In this document: positions 11,001 to 20,811 of the stretch, piece by piece
Numbering within the stretch: the stretch's first letter is position 1
Layout: every line of letters starts with the position of its first letter
Assembly: GCA_015180985.1 (NCBI GenBank)
Contig: CP054185.1
Span: 2,105,225-2,169,224 of the forward strand
DNA: 64,000 nt
DNA from: Flammeovirgaceae bacterium
GTDB taxonomy: Bacteria; Bacteroidota; Bacteroidia; Cytophagales; Cyclobacteriaceae
Direction of reading: 5' to 3'
The notes under the pieces: generated by a model
What the model was told of the DNA's origin: nothing
Databases searched by the model: none
Seen by the model: the letters and a program-made list of their open reading frames with translations, nothing else
Program-made: the position numbers and the translations under genes

Positions 11001-11774
11001 AAAGGGCTCAACGGTGGTAGGAAAATTGTGCGTCTCGGCTTTTAACGAAATTACAGAGTCAACATCTTTTATTTCGAAGAAGCCGGCTGCATCCTGCCGT
11101 TCGGGTGCAAACTGTTCAATACGCGGGCCTTTAATAAAGGCCACGTTGTCTTTGTAAGCCGATACGAGGTAATTCGGGTTTTGCTTTGATGTTTCTTTAA
11201 TAAGTTGAAAAAGTGTTGCTGGTTGTTCCTTTCCATCAAGAATAAAGGTGCCATTAAAAATTTTATGGCGGCAGTGTTCAGAGTTAACCTGCGAGAAACC
11301 GAAAACCTCGCTGTCGGTCAGTTTGCGTCCAAGTTCCTTGCTCACGTTTTCGAGGTAGGCCACTTCTTCGGGGCTAAGTGCCAGCCCTTCTTTTAAATTA
11401 TAGGCCGCAATGTCATCAACGTCCTGTACGGGCTCGGGCACATGTTGGATGGTAAAAATTTCCTGATCGAGACCCTTATAAAGTACCTGCAGCATCCGGT
11501 CGTGCTGCGCCTGACTTGATTTTACTTCGGTGAATTCTTCAATACGGGTTATTCCTGCAATGCCCATGGTTTGGGTTATTTCAACAGCATTGGTGCTCCA
11601 GGGCGTTACCATCTCCTTTCGGGGACCGATGAAATAGCCCTGCAGAACTGATTCGGTTAGCGGCAACGCATCCCCGAATAACCATGTAAGTTTTTGAATA
11701 TCAGTATCTTGTAAAGGCGATGTCAGACCAACTGCATAAATTGTGTTGGGGGCCGACCGGAAGAATGAAACCAT
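8073..11774 (-). CDS. purL: Phosphoribosylformylglycinamidine synthase, single-chain large type
   Basis: About 1,230 aa with a duplicated AIR-synthase-like core and a C-terminal glutaminase (GVCNGCQ). The ORF extends to 11804, but the likely start is MVSFFRS at 11774. Confidence 0.96.
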   Translation of the reverse strand: MVSFFRSAPNTIYAVGLTSPLQDTDIQKLTWLFGDALPLTESVLQGYFIGPRKEMVTPWSTNAVEITQTMGIAGITRIEEFTEVKSSQAQHDRMLQVLYKGLDQEIFTIQHVPEPVQDVDDIAAYNLKEGLALSPEEVAYLENVSKELGRKLTDSEVFGFSQVNSEHCRHKIFNGTFILDGKEQPATLFQLIKETSKQNPNYLVSAYKDNVAFIKGPRIEQFAPERQDAAGFFEIKDVDSVISLKAETHNFPTTVEPFNGAATGSGGEIRDRLAGGKGALPLAGTAVYMTSYPRLNHGRPWEKKFPERNWLYQTPEEILIKASDGASDFGNKFGQPLINGSVLTFEHFENARQFGFDKVIMLAGGIGFGKLKDSKKDSLKPGDKIVMLGGDNYRIGMGGGAVSSVATGEYANAIELNAIQRSNPEMQKRVMNAIRALAEMDNNPIISIHDHGAGGHFNCLSELLEETGGTIFIDKLPVGDPTLSDKEIISNESQERMGLAIQEQHLEPLRQIAERERAPMYVIGHATGDNHLHFIRQGADKKTIDFAVRHLLGSSPKTVLTDTRQPALFAEITYYVANITEYLHQVLQLESVACKDWLTNKVDRSVTGKVATQQTCGPVQLPLNNLGVMALDFTSLKGVATAIGHAPAAALINPAAGSRLAITEALTNILWAQLTYGIKGISLSANWMWPARQPGENARLYEAVSAVSDFAIKLGINIPTGKDSLSMTQKYPEGNTVLSPGTVIISAVAEVNDITKTITPALRPIQGTQLVYIDFSNCQRALGGSALAQVLNQLGTQTPDITDAGYVVRCFTALQDLITQGYVLAGHDISSGGLITTVLEMSFAVPEVGLDLDFRSTHDDLVKILFAENPGVVIQVNNSQDVELLLQKQGIRFERIGTLNLNRTLSILHHQGTLHLEIDTLRDTWYQTSCLLDQKQRPVSYADTRFKNYKHQPLHYQFPLKFDGQLTGYNIAATKHNRTGIKAAIIREKGVNGDREMAYSLYLAGFDVKDVHMTDLVSGREDLSDVNMIVFVGGFSNSDVLGSAKGWAGAFLYNEKAKKALDNFYNRPDTLSLGVCNGCQLMMELGLIYPELGEKHPKMQVNGSGKFESAFVNVTIPSTNSIMLNSLAGCRLGVWVAHGEGRFQLSDAPAYIPAAHYSYAEYPGNPNDSDGAVAAVCSKDGRHLAIMPHIERSLFPWNWPCYPADRKTDRISPWLEAFVNARNWIASNTGKTK

Positions 11775-11908
11775 CGAAGCGGGGTGGACTTTTGGAAAGC
11801 CCAAAAATAACGGTTTTGGTTTTTCTGTTATGATTTATTTTCAACCGATTACTGACTACATGCACTAAATCCACCTCATATTCGTCTCTATCGAAAAGCG
11901 GATGGTCG

Positions 11909-12463
11909 ATGGACCTGACTATGCACCTTAAGGAAGAAGCATTTATTAAAGAACGCAGCCGACTTTTAAGCTTTATACGCCATCGCGTTGCAAGTCTTGA
12001 GGATGCCGAGGATATTCTTCAGGATGTTTTTTACCAGTTTCTTGCTGGTTTTGAAACCATCCAGTCGGTGGACAGCATTACAGCATGGCTCTTTTCTGTT
12101 GCCCGTAATAAAATCATCGACCGATACAGGCGCAATAGCAACCAGCCTTTAAAAACTGATTTTACGGGTAATGGAGGTACTGATGAGGAAGGTCCGCTTT
12201 TGCTCCTGGAGATTCTTCCTGATTTTGGTAATTCTCCGGATGAGGTAATGATGCGTGAAGTACTTTGGGATACGCTGACAGACGCATTAGCTGAATTACC
12301 GACCGAACAGCGGGAAGTTTTTATTCAGAACGAACTGGAAGGAAAAAGCTTCAGGGAAATGGCTGAAGAAACCGGAATTTCTGTTAACACCCTGCTTTCA
12401 CGAAAGCGCTATGCCGTGCGGGCTTTGCGCCATCGGTTGCAAACCATTTATAATGACCTATGA
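11909..12463 (+). CDS. ECF-type RNA polymerase sigma-70 factor
   Basis: Region 2 (DILQDVFYQF...WLFSVARNKIIDRYR) and region 4 HTH (GKSFREMAEETGISVNTLLSRKRYA). Confidence 0.9.
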   Translation: MDLTMHLKEEAFIKERSRLLSFIRHRVASLEDAEDILQDVFYQFLAGFETIQSVDSITAWLFSVARNKIIDRYRRNSNQPLKTDFTGNGGTDEEGPLLLLEILPDFGNSPDEVMMREVLWDTLTDALAELPTEQREVFIQNELEGKSFREMAEETGISVNTLLSRKRYAVRALRHRLQTIYNDL

Positions 12464-12475
12464 ATTAGAACAATA

Positions 12476-12829
12476 ATGCAAGTTGGTATGAAAAAATTTG
12501 TGAAAATACTCTTGATTATACCCCTGGTGGCAATTGCCGTGGCTGTGTTTGGCTGGCTTACCATGATTCTATGGAACTGGCTGATTCCTGTGTTGTTTGG
12601 CGGGCCGGTTGTTACCTTTTGGCAGGCCCTGGGCCTGCTGGTATTGTCCAAAATTCTCTTTAGCGGACTTGGCAAGGCTGGCGCACCTCACTGCGGTTAT
12701 CGGAAGCGGGATTGGAGAAAAAAAATTGGCGACATGACACCGGAAGAGCGGGAGCGGTTTAAAAGAAAATTTGAGGATCGGTGGTGCAGAGGTACACCTC
12801 CTCAGGCAACTGATAATCAGGAAGGTTAA
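12476..12829 (+). CDS. Small membrane protein encoded with the ECF sigma (possible non-ZAS anti-sigma partner)
   Basis: Two or three predicted TM helices, then a basic cytoplasmic tail. It starts 12 nt after the sigma gene. The functional link is inferred from position only. Confidence 0.5.
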   Translation: MQVGMKKFVKILLIIPLVAIAVAVFGWLTMILWNWLIPVLFGGPVVTFWQALGLLVLSKILFSGLGKAGAPHCGYRKRDWRKKIGDMTPEERERFKRKFEDRWCRGTPPQATDNQEG

Positions 12830-12900
12830 CCAATCCGCACTGGCTTAACAAAAACTTTTTTTGGCAAAACCTAAACCCCGGGCTTTTGTTTGGCGTTAAA

Positions 12901-12946
12901 GGAAACGTTGGAAACTTTTATAATACTAATAGTTTCCATAGTTTTG
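12901..12946 (+). promoter_or_regulatory. Candidate TetR operator palindrome fused to a -7 promoter box
   Basis: TGGAAAC (12909-12915), 16-nt spacer, GTTTCCA (12932-12938). An extra GGAAAC lies at 12901-12906. TAGTTTTG (12939-12946) follows directly and sits 9 nt before the tetR ATG. Confidence 0.5.
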
Positions 12947-12955
12947 CACCCCGTT

Positions 12956-13588
12956 ATGGAAGAAAAAGACATTAAAGATAAAATTCTCAAAGGCGCAGAG
13001 GATTTATTTATGCGCTACGGGGTGCGGAGCATTTCCATGGATGATATCGCGCGCCACCTTGGGGTTTCTAAAAAAACGCTGTACCAGCACTTTGCTGATA
13101 AAGATGAGCTGGTGCTGATGGTTTCACGCAGTCACCTGGAGCGCAACATTACTCAGTTTGACGGTATTCGCGATGACTCAAAAAACCCGATTGAAGAATT
13201 GGCGCGGATTTCTGTATGCCTAAAGCAAAGTATGGAGGCACTAAATCCAACCCTACTGTTCGACCTGCAAAAGTTTCATCCAAAAGCCTGGAGTGAGTGG
13301 ATCAATTTTAAGGGTAAATACCTGCGCGAGTCCATTGTGCGTAATCTGAATCAGGGAATTACAGACGGTTACATCCGGCCGGATGTGAACCCCGAAGTGA
13401 TGGCCGCGATGCGCATTGAATTGGTACAACTTGCCTTTAACCCCGATATTTTTCCTTCAAACCGTTTCCGGCTGGCCGAGGTGCAGGAGCAGATATTCGA
13501 CCACTTTGTTTATGGGCTGGTTACTGACAAAGGAAGAAAACTCTATCAGAAACTAAAGGATATAAATTATCAACCCGCTGCCACATGA
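12956..13588 (+). CDS. TetR/AcrR family transcriptional regulator
   Basis: N-terminal HTH (ISMDDIARHLGVSKKTLYQHF). The ORF starts at 12890, but the ATG at 12956 (MEEKDIKDKIL) fits the family. Confidence 0.9.
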   Translation: MEEKDIKDKILKGAEDLFMRYGVRSISMDDIARHLGVSKKTLYQHFADKDELVLMVSRSHLERNITQFDGIRDDSKNPIEELARISVCLKQSMEALNPTLLFDLQKFHPKAWSEWINFKGKYLRESIVRNLNQGITDGYIRPDVNPEVMAAMRIELVQLAFNPDIFPSNRFRLAEVQEQIFDHFVYGLVTDKGRKLYQKLKDINYQPAAT

Positions 13589-14943
13589 TAAAGAACCATT
13601 TACTTATTGCCGCCTTTACATTAGTAAGCCAGGCCTTGCCGGCCCAGCAAACACTAACGCTGCAACAGTGCATTGATTATGCGCTTGAAAACAACCCGAA
13701 CATTAAAAGTGCACGTGCCGGTGTTGATGCTTCGCAGGCGAAAGTGGGCGAGTACCTTTCCAGCGGTTTGCCGCAACTTACCGCGGCCGCTGATTTAGGC
13801 GATAATTTTGTAATCCCAACCACGTTTGTACCCGCTCAGATATTTGATCCGGGCGCACCGGAAGGTGCTTTGGCACCTGTGCAGTTTGGTACCAAATACA
13901 CCGGCCGGGCAAGCATCGACCTGCAGCAGATGATTTTCAGTGGTTCCTACTTTGTAGGGCTAAAGGCAGCGCGTACCTACACCGAATTGTCCAGGCGCGA
14001 ACAAGCTGCTACCGAAATTGACCTGGTGGCCAATATTAAAAAGGCTTACTACTCAGTTCTGGTAAACAAGGAGAGGAATGAACTGGTGAAAAAAAACTAC
14101 CAGCGCCTTGATTCGCTACTGCGCCAAACACGCATTATGTACGAAAACGGATTTGCCGAAAAGATTGATGTGAACCGGATACAGGTGCAGTTCAATAATA
14201 TCTCACAAGCCATCAAAACATCAGCTACTGCCCTGGATATCAGTTTAAAACTGCTTAAATTTCAAATGGGCATGCCGGTAAACGAACCGCTTACTCTGGC
14301 TGACGATCTGCAGACGATACATTTTGAAGCGCTTCGTGAAGATTTCAGTTCGAACTTCAGTTACCACAACCGCATAGAATACAGTCAACTTGAAATTAAC
14401 AAGGCCCTGGTGGGTCTGGATATCAAAAATACCAGGGTCCAGTATCTGCCCTCGCTTGATTTTTACGGAAGTTATGGCGCCAGCTATGGTACGGCTGTGT
14501 TCAGCAACTTTGTGGCATTTGGTGAAAACTGGCGAACGTTTGGCGTTTATGGCCTGCGGATAAACATGCCTATTTTCGATGGCATGCGAAAAAGCAAGAT
14601 CATCCAGCAAAAGAAATCGCAAATGCGGCAGGTTGAAAATGCCCAGCAGTTGCTGAAGAGCCGGATTGACCTTGAACAGGCACAATATAGCCTGGAGTTT
14701 GAAAACAACCTGACTGCGCTGAAGGCACAGGAAGAAAATATGAAGTTGGCGGAAGAAGTATATAACGTGGCTGTGTTAAAATATCAGCAAGGAGTTGGTT
14801 CAAACATTGAAGTAATTGATGCAGACGCGGCCTTTAAGGAGGCGCAAACAAATTACTTCACGGCTTTGTACGATGCCCTTATTTCCACTGTTGACCTTGA
14901 AAAAGCGTACGGTAAAATTGTAGTACCCACAACCAAAAAATAA
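13585..14943 (+). CDS. TolC-family outer-membrane efflux protein
   Basis: Signal peptide and two OEP-type repeats. It overlaps the tetR stop by 4 nt and precedes the MFP and RND genes. Confidence 0.9.
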   Translation: MIKNHLLIAAFTLVSQALPAQQTLTLQQCIDYALENNPNIKSARAGVDASQAKVGEYLSSGLPQLTAAADLGDNFVIPTTFVPAQIFDPGAPEGALAPVQFGTKYTGRASIDLQQMIFSGSYFVGLKAARTYTELSRREQAATEIDLVANIKKAYYSVLVNKERNELVKKNYQRLDSLLRQTRIMYENGFAEKIDVNRIQVQFNNISQAIKTSATALDISLKLLKFQMGMPVNEPLTLADDLQTIHFEALREDFSSNFSYHNRIEYSQLEINKALVGLDIKNTRVQYLPSLDFYGSYGASYGTAVFSNFVAFGENWRTFGVYGLRINMPIFDGMRKSKIIQQKKSQMRQVENAQQLLKSRIDLEQAQYSLEFENNLTALKAQEENMKLAEEVYNVAVLKYQQGVGSNIEVIDADAAFKEAQTNYFTALYDALISTVDLEKAYGKIVVPTTKK

Positions 14944-14955
14944 ACAACAACCCGG

Positions 14956-16131
14956 ATGAAAAGCAGAATATACATTGTCCTGATTACTCTCTTTGCTGTC
15001 GCCTGCAGCAAACCTAAGGTTTCTGATTTGGAAGCAAAGAAGACAGAACTGGAGGCCGCCAGACGACAAGTGGCCAACCTGAATGAAACGATTGTTAAAC
15101 TTGAGAAGGAGATTAGCGCCTTAGACCCGGAGTTTGCCCGGCAGAACAGCAAAGCAATAATGGTATCGACCTTCGTGGCTGAAAAACGCCCGTTTGAACA
15201 CAAAGCCGAAATGCGCGGAACTGTTGAGTCGAGAAAAAATGTACTCATTGCTGCCCAAACTGGCGGTGAAATAAAGCGCGTGCATGTTCGCGAAGGGCAA
15301 CATGTTACCAGGGGGCAGACTCTCATTTCGCTTGATGCCGAAATCGTACTGAATACCATTGCTGAATTAAAAACGGCACTTGAACTGGCCACTTCCGTTT
15401 ACGAGCGGCAGGCAAAGCTTTGGGAACAGAAAGTAGGCACTGAAATTCAATACCTGCAGGCCAAGAATAACAAAGAATCGCTGGAGCGTAGATTAGCTAC
15501 CGCAAACGCACAACTCGACCAAGCCATTGTAAAAGCTCCGTTTGCCGGAACGGTTGACCAACTGCCTGCAAAACAAGGTGAAATTGCTTCGCCTGGCATG
15601 CCGTTGGTTCGATTGGTTAGCCTTGATGATAATTACATTAAAGCCGATGTTTCCGAACGCTACATTGGTAAATTCAAAGCCGGTGATCCGGTAGAGGTTT
15701 ACTTCCCCGCCAATAACCAGCGATTGAAATCCACCATCTCATCGGTCAGCCAGGTTATCAACCCGGAAAACAGAACCTTTGTGGTAGAAGTGCACCTGCC
15801 TAAAGTAAATTTTGTGGTAAAGCCAAACCAGGTGGTGGTTCTGCAACTTCGCGATTATGTAAGCGAAGCAACGCTGGCTGTGCCTACTCGCATTATTCAA
15901 AAGGATGACGAAGGCCAGTTTATTTTCGTTGTCGACAGCCGTGGCGATAAAATGCTTGCCCGTAAAGTACACGTAACAACAGGAATTACATCTAAAACCG
16001 AAACCGAAATACTGGAGGGCCTGGAAGGCAACGAGATGATTGTAAATGAAGGTTACCGCGATTTAACCGAAGGCGTTGAAGTAGTGTTGGCCGGTACCAC
16101 CAAAAATCTTAACGGAGTTGCCAAAAACTGA
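14956..16131 (+). CDS. Efflux RND periplasmic adaptor (MFP/HlyD family)
   Basis: Lipoprotein signal (LFAVAC), coiled-coil hairpin, barrel-sandwich and beta-barrel regions. Confidence 0.9.
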   Translation: MKSRIYIVLITLFAVACSKPKVSDLEAKKTELEAARRQVANLNETIVKLEKEISALDPEFARQNSKAIMVSTFVAEKRPFEHKAEMRGTVESRKNVLIAAQTGGEIKRVHVREGQHVTRGQTLISLDAEIVLNTIAELKTALELATSVYERQAKLWEQKVGTEIQYLQAKNNKESLERRLATANAQLDQAIVKAPFAGTVDQLPAKQGEIASPGMPLVRLVSLDDNYIKADVSERYIGKFKAGDPVEVYFPANNQRLKSTISSVSQVINPENRTFVVEVHLPKVNFVVKPNQVVVLQLRDYVSEATLAVPTRIIQKDDEGQFIFVVDSRGDKMLARKVHVTTGITSKTETEILEGLEGNEMIVNEGYRDLTEGVEVVLAGTTKNLNGVAKN

Positions 16132-16146
16132 TTTTGACCTTACGTT

Positions 16147-19100
16147 ATGAGCGATAGCAATAAACAACTTAAAGTTGATAAAGAGTTTGGCCTGTCAACA
16201 CTGGCGCTGAACAACCGTACCTCGGTCATGTTCTTGGCCTTTCTGATTACAGTCATGGGTATCATGACCTACATCAGCTTACCCAAAGACAGCTACCCTG
16301 AAATTGAGCAGCCGGTGGTGTATATCGGTACCTCTTATCCGGGCAATTCGCCCATTGATATGGAGAACCTGGTAACCCGGCCCATTGAAAAGGAGCTTAA
16401 TACCATTTCGGAAGTGGACAACATCAAATCCACTTCCGTACAGGATTATTCAACTATTATCATTGAGTTTGATCCTAAAACTTCGGTGCAAGATGCACTG
16501 ACCAAAGTAAAAGACGCGGTTGATAAGGCCAAGCCCGAACTGCCCAACGACCTGCCTGCTGACCCGAACGTTTTTGAATTAAACTTTTCGGAGTTTCCTA
16601 TTTTTAATATTAACCTCTCCGGAAATTTTGAATTGGAAGAACTAAAGCGCTATGCCGAGTACCTGGAGGATGAAATTGAAAAGCTTTCCGAAATCTCGAA
16701 AGTAGAGATAAAAGGTATTGATGAAAAGGAGGTAAAGATAAAGGTTGATCCTTACGAGTTGGAGGCGCGCGAACTGAACTTTGGTGATATTGAAAATGCC
16801 ATACAGGCTGAGAATGTTACCCTTTCAGGGGGCAATATCCTGGATGACGGTATCCGCAGAAACATCCGGGTGGTGGGTGAGTTTAACGATCCGCGTCAAC
16901 TGGAAGACATCGTGGTTAAGCACGAAAAGGGAAACATTGTTTACCTGAAAGATGTGGCCCATGTGGAATTTGATTATAAGGAGCGGCAGAGCTATGCCCG
17001 CCTGCAAAAACAACCGGTGGTAATGGTTGATGTAATTAAACGAAGCGGCCAGAACCTGCTGATAGCCACCGAGAAAGTAAACGCCATCCTGGCCAAAGCC
17101 AAAGCCGAAGTATTCCCGGCCGGGTTGAATGTTACTATCACCAACGATCAATCATCCTTTACCAAGGAAATGGTAAGCAGCATGGAGAACAACATTATTT
17201 CCGGGGTAATTGTAGTGGTAGGTGTGCTTATGCTTTTCCTCGGCATCCGCAATGCCTATTTCGTAGGTATTGCAATTCCTTTATCCATGTTCTTATCGTT
17301 CCTCATCCTGGGCTTTATCGGCTACACCATTAATATGATGGTGCTGTTTGGCCTGATCATGGCGCTGGGTATGCTGGTGGATAACGGTATTGTGGTGGTG
17401 GAAAATGTGTACCGCTTGTACGAAGAAGGATACGATTTGAAGAGTGCGGTGCGGCTGGGCACCGGTGAGATAGCCTGGCCTATTATCTCCTCAACTGCTA
17501 CCACGTTGGCTGCCTTTTTACCGCTTGCGATGTGGCCGGGTATTATGGGTGAGTTTATGAAGTACCTGCCCATTACGCTGATTGTTGTTCTTAGCTCATC
17601 GTTGTTTGTAGGGCTTGTGGTAACCCCGGTAATTGCTTCGCTGTTTATGAAACATGAAAGCGACAGTGCTACCAAAAACCGGAAGGTGACACACCGCATT
17701 GTGTTGGCTCTAGTAGTTGCTGGCGCACTTTTTATAGCACTAAAGGTGTATTGGTTCGGTAACCTCCTGTTGATTGGTGCTGCATTGACCTTGCTTAATA
17801 TCTATGTATTTGCTCCGTTAACCCATGCTTTTCAAACCCGCCTGCTCCCCCTGTTAGAAAGGCGATACGCCAAGCTCATTCAACATGCCTTGAAGGGCTC
17901 TAATCCCAAAACTTATTTAATAGGCACTATCCTGTTGTTGTTTCTTTCTATCGGGTTACTGGTTGTTTTTCCGCCCAAGGTTATCTACTTCCCCATCAAC
18001 GAACCAAAGTATATCAATATCTTTATTGAGTACCCCACCGGTACCGACATTGAAGTAACCAACAAATTAACCGAGCGGATTGAGGACCAGGTAATTGAAT
18101 TGGTTAAACCTTATGAATCTATTGTTGAATCGGTAATCGGTAACGTAGGGCAGGGCACGGGCGATCCGAATGATCCATCCAATATCGGCATGTCGGATAC
18201 GCCCAACAAAGCACGTATAACGGTAAACTTTGTTGATTTTAAATACCGTAATGGCCAAAGCACAAATGCCATTATGGAAGAAGTGCGTAAGGCCATCGGG
18301 CAGTACCCCGGAGTAACAGTAACAGTTGATAAAAATTCGGACGGTCCCCCGGCCGGAAAGCCCATTAACATTGAGATTTCCGGTGATGATTTTCCGACAC
18401 TGGTGCAGATAGCCGAAGATATGCGCAACAAAATCAATGAATCAGGCATACAAGGAATTGAAAAACTCAAGTCTGACCTGGAAACCGGAAAACCTGAACT
18501 GGTTATTGATATTGACAGGGAAAAAGCCAGGCGGTTCGGGCTCTCTTCCTACTCTGTTGCAAATGAAATACGCACCTCGCTTTACGGTAAGGAGGTATCG
18601 AAGTTTAAGCAGGGCGAAGAGGATTACGACATCCAACTTCGGCTTGACGATAAATACCGCTACGATTTGGATGCGCTTATTAATAAAAGCGTAACCTTTC
18701 GCGATCAAAGTACCGGTAAAATCTCTCAGGTGCCAATCTCCTCTATTGCGAAAACTGAGTTGAGTTCTTCTTATGGCTCGGTTCGAAGAAAAGACCTGAA
18801 ACGGGTAATCACCTTAAGCTCGAATGTATTGGGCGGTTATAATGCAACCGAGATCAACAACCAGATAAAGGAATTGCTGGCCGACTACCGGATGCCCCCC
18901 GGGTATTCATTTAAATTCGGTGGCGAACAGGAAAAGCAAATGGAAGAAATGAGTTTCCTTACGGGCGCATTGGCAATGGCTGTGTTCATTATCTTTTTAA
19001 TTATCGTTGCACAGTTCAACAAAATAACAGCCCCGTTGATTATCATGACTTCCGTACTCTTCAGCACCATTGGGGTATTTTTAGGGCTGTTTATTTTCAG

Positions 19101-19548
19101 GATGGACTTTGTGGTAATCATGACCATGGTGGGCCTGATTTCATTGGCCGGTGTAGTGGTGAACAACGCCATCGTGCTGATTGACTTTATTGAACTGAAG
19201 AAAAAGCGGTTGAAAGAAGAGCTGAACGCAGATAAGCTGCCGATGCCGGTGGTAATTGATGCTATTGCCGAAGCCGGTAAAACACGCCTGCGCCCCGTGT
19301 TGCTAACAGCTATCACTACCATTTTGGGGTTAATGCCGTTGGCTATCGGTATCAATATCGACTTTATCAAGTTCATCACCAGTTACGATGCCGATTTTTA
19401 CATTGGCGGTGACAGTGTCATCTTCTGGAGCCCGCTATCGTGGACGATTGTGCACGGCCTGGCCTTTGCCACCTTCTTAACCCTGGTGGTGGTGCCGGTT
19501 ATGTACCTGCTGGTTGAAAAACTTAACCGCAGGCTGGGCATTGGTTAA
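16147..19548 (+). CDS. Efflux RND transporter permease (AcrB/AcrD/AcrF family)
   Basis: 1,133 aa with a 12-TM architecture and two large periplasmic loops. Typical N-terminus (ALNNRTSVMFLAFLITVMG). Confidence 0.93.
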   Translation: MSDSNKQLKVDKEFGLSTLALNNRTSVMFLAFLITVMGIMTYISLPKDSYPEIEQPVVYIGTSYPGNSPIDMENLVTRPIEKELNTISEVDNIKSTSVQDYSTIIIEFDPKTSVQDALTKVKDAVDKAKPELPNDLPADPNVFELNFSEFPIFNINLSGNFELEELKRYAEYLEDEIEKLSEISKVEIKGIDEKEVKIKVDPYELEARELNFGDIENAIQAENVTLSGGNILDDGIRRNIRVVGEFNDPRQLEDIVVKHEKGNIVYLKDVAHVEFDYKERQSYARLQKQPVVMVDVIKRSGQNLLIATEKVNAILAKAKAEVFPAGLNVTITNDQSSFTKEMVSSMENNIISGVIVVVGVLMLFLGIRNAYFVGIAIPLSMFLSFLILGFIGYTINMMVLFGLIMALGMLVDNGIVVVENVYRLYEEGYDLKSAVRLGTGEIAWPIISSTATTLAAFLPLAMWPGIMGEFMKYLPITLIVVLSSSLFVGLVVTPVIASLFMKHESDSATKNRKVTHRIVLALVVAGALFIALKVYWFGNLLLIGAALTLLNIYVFAPLTHAFQTRLLPLLERRYAKLIQHALKGSNPKTYLIGTILLLFLSIGLLVVFPPKVIYFPINEPKYINIFIEYPTGTDIEVTNKLTERIEDQVIELVKPYESIVESVIGNVGQGTGDPNDPSNIGMSDTPNKARITVNFVDFKYRNGQSTNAIMEEVRKAIGQYPGVTVTVDKNSDGPPAGKPINIEISGDDFPTLVQIAEDMRNKINESGIQGIEKLKSDLETGKPELVIDIDREKARRFGLSSYSVANEIRTSLYGKEVSKFKQGEEDYDIQLRLDDKYRYDLDALINKSVTFRDQSTGKISQVPISSIAKTELSSSYGSVRRKDLKRVITLSSNVLGGYNATEINNQIKELLADYRMPPGYSFKFGGEQEKQMEEMSFLTGALAMAVFIIFLIIVAQFNKITAPLIIMTSVLFSTIGVFLGLFIFRMDFVVIMTMVGLISLAGVVVNNAIVLIDFIELKKKRLKEELNADKLPMPVVIDAIAEAGKTRLRPVLLTAITTILGLMPLAIGINIDFIKFITSYDADFYIGGDSVIFWSPLSWTIVHGLAFATFLTLVVVPVMYLLVEKLNRRLGIG

Positions 19549-19557
19549 CCAAACGTA

Positions 19558-20802
19558 ATGGTAAAGTTCATGGCACTGTTTTTCATTCTGGTTGTTCTGG
19601 TGTTGATTGATCTTTACGTCTACCAGGCTGTTGCAACCATCAGCAAGGAGTGGACAGCAGGATGGAAAACTTTTGCAAGGCTCGGTTTCTGGTTTTTTAC
19701 CGCACTTACCCTGCTGGCCATATTGTGGTATGCCTATGGTGATCCATATAGATATGGATCGCAATTGCGTAACCTGGTACTTACCGGAATTTTTATTGTT
19801 TATTTCTCCAAAATCTTCGGGGTACTTTTTGTTTTTTTTGATGATGTTCAACGGAGCATCCGCTGGCTGGTAAACTACTTTAAACAAGACGCCCCATCGC
19901 ATGGTGGTAAAGTCATCCCACGATCTGAATTTTTAGCCAAGGCAGCAGTTATAACGGCAACCATTCCGTTCGCGGCCATGACCTACGGCATTATTTCAGG
20001 TGCCCATGATTACCGCATTCGCAGAAGGACAATTAGGCTGCCCAACCTTCCGAAAGCCTTTGACGGTATTCGCATCGGCCAGCTATCCGATATTCATTCG
20101 GGTAGTTTTTTTAGTAAGACATCCGTAAGGGGTGGCATTGAAATGTTTTTGCGCGAGAAGCCTGATTTGATTTTTTTTACCGGTGACCTGGTAAATAACG
20201 AAACCAGTGAAGTAGCTGATTACATTGATTTGTTTGCTAAACTAAAAGCCCCGCTGGGTGTATTTTCGGTTACAGGCAATCACGATTATGGCGATTATAA
20301 ATCGTGGGTGAGCCGGGAGGCCAAGCACAAAAACTTTAGTGATTTGATGGAAGCCCACCGGCTGATGGGATTTGACCTGCTAATGAATGAGTACCGGCTC
20401 ATCAGGGAAAACGGTGAAGCATTGGCCATTATAGGCATTGAAAACTGGGGAGCCGGCCGGTTTGCCAAGTACGGAAAACTGGATGAGGCCTATCGTGGCA
20501 GTGAAGAGGCGCCTGTAAAATTATTGCTTTCGCATGATCCCAGCCATTGGGACGCCCAGGTAAGACCCAACTACCCGGATATCGATGTAGCTTTTGCCGG
20601 GCATACTCACGGCTTTCAGTTTGGTGTAGAGATTGGCGACTTCAAATGGAGTCCTTCCCAATATGTGTACAGGCAATGGGCCGGTTTGTATCAAGAAGGT
20701 AACCAGTACCTGTATGTGAATCGCGGTTTTGGCTACATTGGTTATCCTGGCAGGGTCGGGATTCCCCCTGAACTCACTATCATTGAATTGAAGCGTGCTT
20801 GA
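19558..20802 (+). CDS. Membrane-anchored metallophosphoesterase
   Basis: Four N-terminal TM helices, then calcineurin-like motifs DIHSG, GDLVN, GNHDYG and GHTHG. Confidence 0.85.
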   Translation: MVKFMALFFILVVLVLIDLYVYQAVATISKEWTAGWKTFARLGFWFFTALTLLAILWYAYGDPYRYGSQLRNLVLTGIFIVYFSKIFGVLFVFFDDVQRSIRWLVNYFKQDAPSHGGKVIPRSEFLAKAAVITATIPFAAMTYGIISGAHDYRIRRRTIRLPNLPKAFDGIRIGQLSDIHSGSFFSKTSVRGGIEMFLREKPDLIFFTGDLVNNETSEVADYIDLFAKLKAPLGVFSVTGNHDYGDYKSWVSREAKHKNFSDLMEAHRLMGFDLLMNEYRLIRENGEALAIIGIENWGAGRFAKYGKLDEAYRGSEEAPVKLLLSHDPSHWDAQVRPNYPDIDVAFAGHTHGFQFGVEIGDFKWSPSQYVYRQWAGLYQEGNQYLYVNRGFGYIGYPGRVGIPPELTIIELKRA

Positions 20803-20811
20803 GTACGATAC

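Noticed and set aside
8117-11396. Many 60-130-aa ORFs antisense to or out of frame with purL
   Set aside because: They sit entirely inside a strongly supported 1,230-aa purL reading frame. This is typical shadow-ORF behaviour.
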